Source: Lama glama
Taxonomy: Eukaryota
Length of the DNA: 64,000 bases
Assembly (NCBI GenBank): GCA_028534125.1
Contig: CM052817.1
Coordinates: 56,732,001 to 56,796,000, forward strand
Direction of reading: 5' to 3'
Numbering within the stretch: position 1 is the first letter of the stretch; each line of letters begins with the position of its first letter. The notes beneath the pieces are model-generated. The model ran no database searches, was not told the DNA's origin, and worked only from the letters and a program-made list of their open reading frames with translations. Made by a program: the position numbers and the translations under genes. Shown in pieces: positions 1-12,650 of this stretch.

Positions 1-523
1 CTGCAGTTTATTTATAGTTCAGAAGGTCAGACTGATTCGCTTAATTGGAAAACACTGCTTCCTAGTCTATGTACCTATTGATGTACTGTACACTTGACGC
101 GATTAGTTACCAGGGTGAGATTCTAATATGACCTTTGTTAATAATGTGCATTCTCCATAATGGGCTGTTTGCAGTTTCTAAGAGCCATTTACATGATGTG
201 CTTGGTAATCAGTTATACAGTGCAATTCCTATGGTGGAGAGAAAGATCCACTTTAATTGGAATAGTGCAGAAGGCTCAAATCTGAGAAAATTTTGGTAGT
301 CTGTGGCTGATTTCTTGCAACTTCCACATATGCTTTTAAAATGGAAAAAGCATGCTTGTAAAACTCGCCTGACATCATGCACTTTCCATTTGGAAAGTTG
401 CAGTAAAAGATATGAACACATCATGAAGGGAAGAGTATACGGTGACAGAATGGGAAAATTATTTGCCCAGTTAGACAAATATTGCTCATAGCATAATCAT
501 ACCTCATTCACGCTGCAGCAAAG

Positions 524-551
524 CACACACATGGACACACACACACACACA
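524..551. repeat. Interrupted (CA)n microsatellite
   Basis: cacacac-atgg-acacacacacacacaca read directly. Confidence 0.9.
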
Positions 552-749
552 TGAGCTTGCTCTTAGAATTTCTATTTAAAGGAGTACTACCATCAAACCA
601 TTCGGCCAGATTCATTTTAAAGAATACCATTTGTGGATATTCAGGTTGCTTATGAGGCACAGAAGACTAGAATGTCCATTTTAAAAAGAAACAACAAAGT
701 ACACTCTTTAAGGTGAGTAGCACAATGTTACGGAAAATTCAAAAAAGTT

Positions 750-910
750 CCTAAGACTTTGAGTCAGGCATCCCGAAATCAGTGTTGGCTTTACCACTTA
801 TTTTCTGTGTGATTTTGGTCAAGGTAATTAACCTCTTTGAGGCTCTGCTCATTTATCTATGAAATGAGAATAATAATAGATATCTCATAGGTGTGAGTAT
901 TAAATAAAGT
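750..910 (+). mobile_element. MIR SINE fragment
   Basis: Degenerate MIR core: ccacttatttt ctgtgtgattttggtcaaggtaattaacctctttgag...atctatgaaatgagaataataata...tctcataggtg. Confidence 0.8.
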
Positions 911-1357
911 GGCACACAGCCTTCTTTACTACAACGTAAGAGTTCCTAAGAGAACACAAAACAAAATCAAAATATTAACATAAGCGTTTAGTTGTATTCA
1001 TTTTCTAATAAAACTAGTGAGAGAAAAAAGGAATTAAGAGCCAGGGAAATTCAGACCGGAAAAAAAAAGTTATTTTTTCTGCAATATTTAAATTTAAAAA
1101 TGCTTTCATAACTACAAAAACTAAAAACTAAATATCAGATTCAGAAACTAAACATCCCTAAGACACCCAATCTTTAAAATTTTCTTTCATTTACTCATTG
1201 CCTTTTCTCATTACCACAGTGCTTCTTACATGGTCTTATACCCAGTCATATTTCCAACAAAACATAAAGCCATTAAAATAAAATATCCTTGCTGCTAAAC
1301 ACTAGCATATTTTTTTCAGAATCTAGTTACTATCAAGAGTGGCCTGCATAATGTAGA

Positions 1358-1487
1358 TGTTCCCATACCTGTATGCTTACAAGAATCACTTGGCAAGATT
1401 CTTAAGAATCTAGATTTTAGACCTTATTCCAGACTTGCTGATGCAGTAAGTCTCTTACAAGGCCAAAGATCTATATTTCAATACGCA
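1358..1487 (+). mobile_element. MER5-like hAT-Charlie MITE remnant
   Basis: agaatcacttgg...ttaagaatctagatt...ccagacttgctgatgcagtaagtct resembles the MER5A interior. Confidence 0.55.
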
Positions 1488-2414
1488 TATCTTTGTTCTA
1501 TCCAAAATAATAGCCTCCAGCAAAAATAATACATAAGAAGCAAATCTGAATCACATTGCTATTGCCTATAAATTATGCTCAAAATTATTTTATTAAGCTT
1601 TATCCTGAGAATTAATGATGGCATAAGAACTGGATAAGATTTAGAATTGTTACTTTTAAAACAAAATTGCAAAAGGAATTATCAGTTACTTGTGGTTAAT
1701 AATGCACAATTCATCTTAATAGTGGTATGGCAAAAATATGCAATGAAATAGGTGGAGGCCTCATAAGCCCTCTGTGCCATTACTTGCAGACAAAGGACGT
1801 GCTTCAATTTCTAGGCTCTTTATTTTCAAGGTTTTCACACTAATCTCACAAAACCTTTTTTAGATGTTGAATCCGTCACTTGAATTGAGAGACTAACAGA
1901 TGCTTCATGCCTCATGTTTCCGCACCCTCCTTGCTAAGTGTGTATTGCTTCTATCTCTATTTTTTTTTATCATGTGTAATGTTAAAACATTTCTTTAAGT
2001 GGAAAACTAAATTCTAAGCCTCCTCTGGTTAAAAAAAAAGTTTGTTTTTTTCACAGGATATGTTTTCTGAGTAAGATGCCTCTACATTTTTCTTAAATTG
2101 AACATTCACATGTTTTCAGAATGGAACAAATAAATTTCAAGATTTGAAAGCAGAACCATATCGACATTTAGTTGGCCAAGTAACAGAAGGCCTCTTCTTG
2201 AGTGACAGCATCACTGACTTCACATACACTAGAGCTGGCGCTATGGCCCTGGTAGCAAAGTAAGAGAATCTGTATGTACTGGAGAACCTACAGAGATAGA
2301 AAGTTTTTTATAATCAACCTTCCACAGTATCCCTGTAACTTCCTTGCTAAAGATCTCTACAGTAAATGAATTAACATATTAGAATGAGCCATTCAAGTTA
2401 CTAAAGTGGATATA

Positions 2415-2565
2415 ATGATATGGTAGTATTGCAGAAAGAAAGCAATCTTTAAAATTAGAGTACCTGATCCAAGTCACATCCATGTTACTTATAAAGTAGT
2501 GACCATAGGTAGTCACATGCTTTCTCTGGATTTTGTATTCTCAGCTTTAAACTGAAAATCATGGC
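2415..2565 (+). mobile_element. Highly diverged MIR fragment
   Basis: ttacttataaagtagtgaccataggtagtcacatgctttctctgg...tctcagctttaaactg follows the MIR core order. Confidence 0.5.
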
Positions 2566-3252
2566 AGAGTTAACCACATTGGGTGGGAGCAATATGCAAG
2601 ACAAAATATGTGAGAAAGAATTAATAAACAGCCCTGAAGATGAAGATTCCTCCATCTTTCACATTTGATCTTTATATGAATATAGTAGTACTCAATTTAA
2701 CAAAAAAAATAGTAGGAACTACTTTTTTCATGTATTTAAGTAGAAAAATAATCTGAATCATTAAATTAAAACATAAAAATAAAAATCCAGAGAGACACTA
2801 ATAATTTCAGCACAGGTGCTGCAAACAACTGAAGAAAGTGGAGACACAGGATCAAGCCTATCTGCTTTTCCAGTTCTTAATCTGTTTCCCAAAATTGATC
2901 TCCTTAAATTTAACTGGAAAGTAATCAAAATAAAAACATGGCTTTCACCACATCTGTCTTATTTTTCAGTTCTTTCTAATGCTCTTTGTATTGATTCCCA
3001 TCTCTCAGATTCATTGTGGCTCTGGTAATGGTGACTAATTTAAGTGCTTGAGATTGGAAACGGTGACATTAGGTAAAAGAGGGTAACAGACCTACTGTGC
3101 TTGGTGTCCCCAGCACCCTCTCCACTGACTTTTTGCACAAGAAAGGAGGAAAAGAAGTTTTTCCCATAACTGGTCATTTTTATGTTGTTTTAATGTATTG
3201 AACAGGATCTGGTCATTATTATATAATCCAAGGCAAAAATATAGCAACATGG

Positions 3253-3725
3253 TGAGACAGGAGGGAAGAAGGCAGAGCACAATCATTAAAAGAATGATGC
3301 AGCAATTGAGGATAGGACATAAACTGGTTAGAACGAACTCAGCCCAAGATGGCAGAAGATTCAACTTCCAATAGAATTTGAGCCTCATTGTAATACATTA
3401 GCATGCTAAATGACACACCCACAGGTGCTATGACAGCGCGTAGGTGGACTATAAAAGTCTAAAAATTGGGTGGGTGCCCAATTCCTGGAAATCCTTGCCC
3501 CTTCACCAAAACAGGTGGAACAATCCTCCCACTTGCTAGAATATGAAATTACCCAGCTTATAAAAACTAACAAGCCCATACCCTGGGTGGCCTCTCTTGC
3601 TTTCTGAGATGGCCCACAACCTGTCTATCAAATATGTATCTCCCTGAATAAATCGACTTTCACTTTACTATGGCTTGCTCTTGAATTCTTTCCTGTGCGA
3701 GACATGTACCCATTCTCTGGCAACA
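3253..3725 (+). mobile_element. MER41-like ERV1 solo LTR
   Basis: TG...CA termini; 4-bp TSD ATGG (3249-3252 and 3726-3729); TATAAAA at 3559; AATAAA at 3647; MER41-type blocks ccaagatggc, cattagcatgctaaatgacacaccc and ctttcactttactatgg...gaattctttcctgtgcgaga. Confidence 0.9.
3482..3490. promoter_or_regulatory. GAS (STAT) consensus motif TTCCTGGAA inside the MER41-like LTR
   Basis: Matches TTCnnnGAA at the position of the first STAT1 site of MER41. The second site (3502-3510, TTCACCAAA) is degenerate. Function is untested. Confidence 0.5.
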
Positions 3726-4428
3726 ATGGAATCGATGGCAAAGTAAGAGATTCAACCTAGAACCTCAAAATTAGATGTGAGTGGCATGACTTACCACAGC
3801 TGCTTTTACAACTACACAAGATTTTGCTAAAGTTCTCAGTGATGTGGCTGTGGGATGATGTGGGTACCTAGGTTCAGAAAGCCTTCATTCAGAAATTCTT
3901 AGCATAGTAATCCCACCTGGGTGAAGGTGGCACTCATTGCTATCACTTTAGCATCTTTTTCTTAATGGAACTGAGAAAAACTGCAGCACTAACTGAACAA
4001 CTCCAGCCAGATACATCCCTTTATCCTTTGCTGAAACCTGTATCCTCTGAGCTTTTTGCAATGAACTATGGTTTGTATAAGATTCTATGTTATGACTCTA
4101 ATTTTTACCAATTCCCAACCCCAGTGGGACTAAATCTGGGCTATTTTCTCAATAAATGTATCACCAAAAATAAGGATTTATAAAACATATTTGATTGTTA
4201 TTTAATGATAAATTTTAGTCAAATGCAATTTCCCCACTCTGCTGTCTTCTATCCCCATGTCTTAACCTCTTTTCTGCCAATAGAAAGAAAAATGCAATTG
4301 GAACTTATTTAACTCTTTCAATGCCACATTGCCAAAAAGACTTAATTCATGCCATACAATCTATTGTTTGTTTTCTCTTCGCAACCTCAAGTTACCTCTA
4401 GTTCTTATTCACAAACTTCATTCACTTT

Positions 4429-4565
4429 TTTTTCTTTTTTTTAAAGGTTTTTTTGGGGGATGGGGAAGCAACTAGGTTTATTTATTTATTTTTAAAGGCG
4501 GTACTGGGGATTGAACCCAGGACTTCATGCATGCTAAGCATGAGCTCTACAACTTCAGCTATATC
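4429..4565 (-). mobile_element. tRNA-derived camelid SINE (Vic-1-like)
   Basis: Reverse complement reads tatagctgaagttgtagagctcatgcttagcatgcatgaagtcctgggttcaatccccagtacc followed by an A-rich tail; 10-bp TSD CATTCACTTT (4419-4428 and 4566-4575). Confidence 0.9.
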
Positions 4566-4744
4566 CATTCACTTTCAATGATCACTCTCATTATGTAGCT
4601 CACATTGTTTCTCTGGCCAAGAATTAACTGAGTGGCCCTTATTTTCCTTATTTTTTATTAGTTGTAGCCCTAGAGTTCTCCTTTCTTTCCCATTTTCAAT
4701 CTTTTCTCTAAATTGTCCCCAAGCCTCTCATTCTTCAACCATAG

Positions 4745-4773
4745 GTGTGTGTGTGTCTGTGTGCATGTGTGTG
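4745..4773. repeat. Degenerate (TG)n microsatellite
   Basis: gtgtgtgtgtgtctgtgtgcatgtgtgtg. Confidence 0.8.
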
Positions 4774-5554
4774 ACTATGTCTGTAAAAAAAGTAAGTTGA
4801 TCTGCAAGAATATAAAGATAAAAAAATTAAAATTATCCTGTAACATTTACACTGATTGGTACAATATAAAATGAAAGAGAAGGAATATCTTCTATACTAA
4901 TGGGATCAAACTATTCAACTAGTTTAGTCAATAATATTACATAGCTAAGGAAAGACTGAAATATCAGCAATGGGAATAAGGAAAAAGCAAGTCCTAATAC
5001 AAGCTTTGATAATCCATGTGCATCAATATTTAAACCCTTTAAAATACATCTCCAGAGACACAAAGAACCCAGTTAGTTGCTAGTGGGACATGCTCTGCTG
5101 AGGGGCAGATATTATAGACTCTTCCCTGATCTGTAAATAGTATCACTCACAACTGTTTGCCTTCATAATTCAATTTGTACCAAACATTGTTATAGTTAAA
5201 TATAGATGCCCAGTTACATTTATATGAAGAATGAACTTTTATATCAGAGGATGCACATTGTATTTTTATCAAAAAAAAAAGTAAGAAATGTATCATTGTA
5301 GAGAAATAATTTGGCATCCTGGAGTATAAGTGTGTCTCTAGTAAATTAAAAAAGAATATCTAACCATCTCCATACTGACTGATGAAACCCAGCTTACATG
5401 CTTGCCAAGCCCCCAAACTTGTATCATCAAAATAACGTCATCCTATAAAAGCTCTTGTGTCTAGCCAAATGACAACAAAGGTATCTCAGGTTTTTTCCTT
5501 TACAAACTTAAATACAAAAAAAAAAAATTAAAAACTTTTTTTTCTGAAAACTTA

Positions 5555-6320
5555 GGAATATTAAGAGCGGCAAGAGAAAAGCAACTTGTTTCATACAAGA
5601 GAACCCACATAGCACTGTCAGCAGATTTTTACACATGAATTTTGCCGGCCAGGTGGAGTGGAATGATATTTTCAAAGTGCTAAAAGAAAAAAAAAAGAAA
5701 GAAAGAAAAAACTCCCAACAAAGAATACTCTACACGGCAAATTCAACATCAAGAATTGAAGATAGTTTTCCAGACTAGCAAAAACTAAAGAAGTTCATTA
5801 CCAGTAAACCAGCATTACAAGAAATGTTAAGGGGACTTCTTCAAGCTGAAAAGAAAAGAGCATTAATTGGTAACAAGAACATATATAAAATAATAAATCT
5901 CATTGGAGAAGTAAATGCATAATAAATAATTACTTATAAAGCTAGTATGATGGTTGAAAGACAAAAATTGTAAAAATAACTGTGATTACAATAACCAGTT
6001 AATATATACACAATAGAATATTATCTAGCCATAAAAAGAAGAAAATTGTACCACTTGCAACAACATAGATGAACCTCAAGAGCATTATGCGAAGTGAAGT
6101 AAGTCAGACAAATACTGTATAATCTCTTACATGTGAAATCTAAAAACAAAACAAAACAAAGCCAAGGTCATTAGATACAAAAAATAGATTGGAAGTTGTA
6201 AAAGTCAGGGTATAGGGTTGGGAGAAATGAGTAAACTGGTTTTGTACATTTTTTTGTTTTGTTTTGTTTTTTGTTCTTATTTAAATAAATTAAATGATAA
6301 TTTAAAAGTAAAATAACAAA
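5555..6320 (+). mobile_element. L1 relic: ORF1 C-terminus and linker fused to the ORF2 end and 3' UTR
   Basis: ORF1 motifs (tcagcagatttt, gaatgatattttcaaagtgctaaaagaa, aagaatactctac, ttacaagaaatgttaaggggacttct), followed from ~6006 by the ORF2 terminus (caatagaatattatctagccataaaaagaa...gcattatgcgaagtgaagtaagtcagac) and an A-rich tail. Confidence 0.85.
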
Positions 6321-6589
6321 AATTAAGAGAAAATTACTGGGAGATCTTTAGCTATCTGAATATCACATTGCCCTCCTAATCATATTCATTCTATAGTTCT
6401 TGCTGGACATGAATATTTTTGTTTATTAATTGATTCAAGATAAAATCTTTCAAAGATTTGGCTACTGTACACAATAGCTAGTTTTTTTGGTTATAATTTT
6501 GTCATAGAAAGTGTTAGATTTTGTCCAATAGCTATTTTCTGCTGCTTTTTACTTGGTAATATATATATTTTTTTGAGATTGCATAGTGA

Positions 6590-7035
6590 TTCGCCCCAAG
6601 GGACAATCATAATTGGTTTAAGCCAGTCATAAACATTCTGTCCTCTTTTTGCAGACACTAATTTTTACAGCTTCTTATTTGCAGAAAGAGATGACCCAAT
6701 CCAATCATTTTTCTGGCCAATGAAACAGTAGGGTAAGTATTCTGCAGTGTAGAAAAGCTCTTGTTCCTTAATTAAAATAACAGATACATAAGGAGAGTTT
6801 ACTCAGATCACCTCTTCTCCTGCTTCCTGTCTTTGGTAACACTGTGAGAATGTGATGATTGGAGGTGGTAAGCCATCTTCTGACCATGATAAGAAAGCCA
6901 AGATAATCACACAGATGTCAGCCCAGTGAATTGATAACTAGCACCAACAATAGCCTATTTCTTGTCTTCATGCTTTGTAAGAAAACTATATCCTACATTT
7001 AATCCACCATTAACAGGTCAAAATTGTTCCTATAC
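6590..7035 (+). mobile_element. Ancient ERVL LTR (LTR33/LTR16-like)
   Basis: ttctggccaatgaa...tgtgatgattggag...gccatcttctgaccatga...aagccaagataatcacacagatgtca...gcctatttcttgtcttc. Confidence 0.65.
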
Positions 7036-8084
7036 ATTTATTCTGGATCAGGAAAATATAGAGAACCACTTTTATGTTATAGAAAACCTAGAGGAGCTGT
7101 GCATGTGTGTCTGTGATATTTATATTTTCTTCTCAGGCATGTATTACTCCCATCCAATTCATATTTTCATGTATGTCTAAATTTATACTGTATCCCACAT
7201 TCTGACATGATTTTTGATTGATGGTTCAGTTGTTTTCCATGAATGCAGTCTTGCTGAATATAACATGAACTTTGGCCAACATCAGCAATTCCCTTTTGTC
7301 CAATGACAATTCCCAGTCTCATTTTTAAGGTAAACATTTTGGATAGATAAATTGAGATTTTATCCAATAATCTCTTCACTCATTCATATTAATGTATTCA
7401 TTATACAATTAAAGTTGACTTTTGTATATACTCATATACATATTTTGAAATAGATTTAATAAATTACAGCAGTTATTATTCCAACACTGGCACAGTTAGT
7501 CATCAGGTCTTTGACCACTGAGGTTTCACAATATCTGTTCTATCCTAAAAGGGCTGGATCTATTTGTTTCCACAGTTGGAACATTCTGTTGCATATGAGG
7601 AACAACTACAAAATATCTCTGAAATTACTTTGTCATAAGAAATAACCAATTAAAACACAATAAAGAAAGAAAGGACAAAGAAACATCAACTTGTCAAAAA
7701 AAAGTTGGGGGGTGGATTTAGAGGTTATTTCTACGTAACAATTTCAACAGACACTTCAGATTCAAAAGCCAGTACCTAACTTGTCTTAAATTACAAAAAA
7801 AGTGTAATGCCTTGACAACAAAATTAATCTTCAAACCAAGCATTCAACAACACAGAAGTTGTGATGTTATTGTGCATATGTTTGTTTAAACAAGATAATT
7901 ATCTCTGTCATTCCAAAAGCCAATCCTTCTCCATTTGTAGCATCTTCATTAAAGCTCCTGTCAAATCAGATAGTGCAACACAAATAGGAAATATACTGTC
8001 CACATAATCAAGATTTTTTAAAACACTATTTGCAAATTTTAACCTAAGGCAAACTGATATTTTTAAAGTTGGGACTTCTTGGAA

Positions 8085-8340
8085 CCAATTGTGGAGAAGG
8101 TGCATTCTGCCATGCAGAGATGTGGGAAAGTTTTTCAAGAGGAAAGTAACAAGAAAAGAATTAGAGATATAAAGTACAGGGCACATTTTGGGATTGCACA
8201 GTTAGGTTAAAGCAAGAGGGAATGAATCAGAATTGTAAAAGACAAGGTATAAAGGGAAATAGATTCCAAACCACGGAAGGTCTTGAATGACATTCCAAAT
8301 TCAATACTGATAGCTGATTGGGATACTATTGAATTTTTTT
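8085..8340 (-). mobile_element. L2 fragment
   Basis: Purine-rich L2-antisense pattern ending ccaaaccacggaaggtcttgaatgacat...gggatactattgaatttttt. Confidence 0.5.
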
Positions 8341-8974
8341 TATATTGTTTATCCATTTCTTATACTTGACATTAGAAACAGAGATTAGCTTACCTATCTC
8401 ATCATCCCCTTGGATTCCACATGAACTTCGCACTTGTGAATCTAATTGCAACCAACGGTCAGTCTCCAAATATTGGCCCAACATACCTCAAGTGTTATAA
8501 ATTGCTTCCAATCCACTAAGACATTTTTAAATGGGTTCTTCAATAAATGGCACATGAAAAGGACTTTTCCTAACCCACTTCTCTTCAATTAAAAGATTTT
8601 GCTTTTCACTGTGCATGTTTCTGACTGCACTGTTTACAGAAGTGCATTCCAAGTGCATATGGGTAATTGTTCTTATGAAGAAGTAAGGCCTTAGTCATCC
8701 CCCATCACATGAAAGGTCAAGAAACAAGATGAAAATGATTACTGGTACACTCTTCTCTGCCAGAGAAAGACATCATTTATTTACCATCATATAAATATCA
8801 TATCCAAATGATACCAATAAATGCACACTGATTAATGCATAAAGAGTGAGTGTATAATATTTTGTAAGTCTCCTTCATAGATGAGACCTAGTAAAAGATA
8901 CTGAGGACATCTATTCATAACAATAAAAAGTTGCCATGGAATTTCAATTTTCTTTTGTAATCCATGGCATGTCA

Positions 8975-9132
8975 TTTTTTTAAGTTACTTTGCTTATTTT
9001 TTTAAAATTTTTTGAAGAGGGGGCAGTAATTAGGCTTATTTATCAATTTTTTTTTAACAAAGGTACTGGGAATTAAACCCAGGACCTTGTGCATGCTAGG
9101 CATGCACTCTACCACTGAGCTACACCCTCCCC
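8975..9132 (-). mobile_element. tRNA-derived camelid SINE (Vic-1-like), intact 5' end
   Basis: Reverse complement reads GGGGAGGGTGTAGCTCAGTGGTAGAGTGCATGCCTAGCATGCACAAGGTCCTGGGTTTAATTCCCAGTACC (Pol III A and B boxes), then aaataagcctaattactgccccc and an A-rich tail. Confidence 0.92.
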
Positions 9133-11526
9133 ATTGTGGTACATCATTTAACTTCACCTGTAAGATTAAGAAGATTTGCCATTCTAGACCAAACAGGATT
9201 TCCCATCCTTTAGGACTAGGACTAAGATTGAACATAATTGGGAAATCTAGTTCTTTCATCTAGAATAATGTGTGAGAGAAGTACATTCAAGATTTATTCT
9301 TTCCAGGATGTATTAACCTATATTATAAATCCTCCAAAACACATTAGCAAAGGTATCCATTAGCAATTGTTATCTTTGGATTGATATATGCTGCTAATAA
9401 CAGTTTTTCTACGTTACTAACAAGTGTTTTGAAGTACCTATTCTGCACTCAAAACCATTCAAGTCCTTAGTAATCCATTAACTTAATGAAAGTAGGTGTG
9501 ATGAATCATAAGGAGGCTTGTTTTATTTGTAGGGTATCTGCTAATTCATGGCTATAAAGGTGTTTCTGTAACACTTGACACAGAAAATACAATATTCCAG
9601 CCATGCCATTTCTTGGATGCTTCTCAAAGGAAATAATGCAAACTCTAAGATATCCCTGAAACTAAGTCTGAGGCAATGATATTTTCAATGCATGTGATTT
9701 CCAAATTTCATAAGTAAATAAAACATGTGTTTTATATATTAAAATAAATCAGCAAGAATATACCTATTTTTCTAGACCTAACTACAATAGGCTATTGTAG
9801 CTATTAGAGCAATGATTATATATAACAATATGATTTCTACTTTTATCCTAGCCAGTGAAAGATGAGGATGTATGCCATAGGGAAAGAAAGGAAACTAACA
9901 GAGCAGAACAAGACAAAAATTGAGAACTATCTTCTGCAGCTGTAATGTAATAGGAATCTTGGAAAATAAAATTATGCAAGGTTTCATAACAATACTGACA
10001 ATAAGAACTTGTTTACATGTATCAATAATGCTGAGGAAATGCCCTTTAAGATACACTTTTCAAAGAAATGCAAAGAAGTTCACCTTTCAGAATGTCAGAA
10101 AAGAAATTCACAACATATATTTGGAAACAAGAGTTGGAGAAGAGTGAGAAAACAAAAATAATGGGAATTCTTAGGGTTTTAAGATGGTGTCAATATGGGG
10201 AGAAAAAATGCACATGTATTATGTGTGTATGTCCCAAAATGTTTTTTTCAAAGTTAGTTAAAATTGTTTTTGAAAACAGTAAGCCAAAGTCAAGAGAGTA
10301 TTTAATGAGAAACCTTGACATTTTTCATAATCAAGAAGATTAAGAAAGAAAGACTATTTTTATAAGCACAGTTGAAAATACAAACTACTGAACTACTCAT
10401 TATCCTTTGTTAAGAAAATAAAGGAGTTATCTGGAGACGATTTACATACCAGTTACCATAAAGACACAACAAATAAACTGCATACATCTTGTGGGGTTTG
10501 GGTCCCCTTTATACTAATACAAATTCTATCTCATCATAATGAAACAGAATTGGGGGCTATTCGCTGTAAGAAAAAAAAAACTCTCCTGTAATATTCTACT
10601 CTTTTTATTTCTGCTTTATTTTTAAATTTCCTATAGGTTTTTTTTTTTTTGCTACGATTTTTCTTACAAGTTTTTATGGGAAAATTTGTTTACTTACTAC
10701 CTTTCTGATAGAAAACTGAATTTGTTAGAAACATTCTTAATAGGAAATGAAATTTACATACTTGAATTTGCTATCCCACCAACAATATGGTAATTAACTT
10801 ACTATCTGTTCTCTACCTAAATTTAGTCTGTAATTCCACGTTTGGTAATCAAAAAGCCTTAAGACTTTTTGACTTTGTTTTCCCATTATAGTCCTGTTTA
10901 TGAAAAGGAACTGTTATTTTAACAGATTCTTTTCTGACAAAAACATGAAGCTTGTTTCTTCTACAAAGCAGTTAGAAAACCAAATTTAGATTTGGGATCA
11001 GGGATATGAGAACTATATAACAAAACAGTGGTAGTTGCATAAATGCCTGACATCTAAAGAAAGAATACTGAAAATAAGCAATAAGGAAGAAAGGCAGGAA
11101 TGAAACCAAGTTAAGATTAATCAGCCATTTAAAATGCTGTAGATGAAAAGCTGGCTGGGGGCAAAAGATTGAAAAAGAGAACATCTAATCTGGTAAGAAG
11201 AATGTTTATATCTTCACTCCTACTTCAGGTGTCAAGGAAGTTAAACCTTTCCCTTTTATAAGATGATTGTTTCATACATTACTTTCTCTCCAGAAATTCC
11301 CCACATCCCGTGAGTTTAGTACATTTGACTGCCTCATACTAAGAGAAATCATTAGACAAGAATGTCATTGTCTTCTAACCATAAAGCTACACAATAATTT
11401 TCAACTACCTTCATATTTTTCTTTCCTCCTCTTACAACTGACAAGGTGAATCTTTTTTTGAGGAAGTCCAATTCTTGTACAAGTGTTTTAGAATCTGTCC
11501 CTCATCCGCTTTTAAAGGAATGCTGG

Positions 11527-12130
11527 TCATTTATTCAGTCAAAATATCTTTACTGAGCACTTATTCTTTGCTATATACCATGCTAGGAAATACAACAGTG
11601 GTCACAGAGAGACATAATCTCTCCACTCAGAGAGCTTCCAGAATGCTGGGAGACCAAGACATTAATCAATCACACAAGTAAACATTAACTCATAAGTGTG
11701 TTAACTGCTATAGAATAACCAAATAATGCAATGAGAGCTCTTCAAAGAAATCAGGGGATAAGTCCCTAATGAAGTAGACTTCAGCTGACGTAGGGAGTAT
11801 CTGTATATTAATTCGACCAAGAGAAAAGAGAAATAAGTTAGAGAAAGGAAAAAAAAAAAAAGAAAAAATATTCTAAGGCTAAAAAATGGCCAATCTTACT
11901 AGAGCAAGGAAAATAAGAGGAAAATCAGAGAAACTGAGCTAAGAGGTAGGAAGCAATTAGAGGATGCAAAACTTTATGGGCATGTTTAGGAAATCTGTAT
12001 ACATCCTAAGGTTAATGAGAACTTATCAGAGGGTTTTACACAGGAAGGTGGCAAAATCACTCCATCAGAAATGTCAGACCATATTCCAGAAGGAATTATG
12101 GAAAGATCACTAAAAAATAACTTCTGTAGT
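11527..12130 (-). mobile_element. L2 3' end
   Basis: tcatttattcagtcaaaatatctttactgagcacttattctttgctatataccatgctagg...acattaatcaatcacacaagtaaac is the antisense L2 3' terminus. Confidence 0.8.
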
Positions 12131-12465
12131 ATTCTAGGCAAAACTATGTTAGAGTTTGATAAAGGTTTGGGGGAAAGATTAAGAATTTTGTTCTTTCGTC
12201 TCATCATTCTTAGTTTATTAAGTTCTAACTTGACCCCATCTGTTGCCTCCATTTATTTGCTGCCAGCTCACAGTCAAACTGCTCAAATAAGTTGATTATA
12301 TATGCAGTATCCTCACACCCACCTCTTATTAAATATGGAAACTGCAGAATTTCAGACTCACCACTAGTTAGAATCACCTGCTACCTCCATACTGCAAAAT
12401 TCATTGAATCATTTTCTGTTATCTTACTTCACATTTAAACTGCATTTGACTAAGTTGACCAATAA

Positions 12466-12650
12466 TTTATTCAACAAATGCATTTTTCATTCAACAAATA
12501 TATATTGAGTTTCTACTGTGTAGCATTCATCGTACATTTTATTAGGTACACAAAAAAGACATGGGTCCAGAGGTTGAAACAAATAGTAATCAAAGAGTCA
12601 TACAAATACATGAAAAATTTCAACTGAAATTAACTTTATGAAAATTACTG
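12466..12650 (-). mobile_element. L2 3' end fragment
   Basis: ttcattcaacaaatatatattgagtttctactgtg... Confidence 0.7.

Noticed and set aside
3795..3970. Minus-strand coding exon ending at a strong GTG|GTAAGT donor
   Set aside because: With the best acceptor (near 3971) all three frames contain stops, and there is no other support.
9060..9132. tRNA-Ala-like gene
   Set aside because: It is followed by the SINE body and an A-rich tail, has a substituted B box, and has diverged paralogs at 4429 and 17685, so it is a SINE head.
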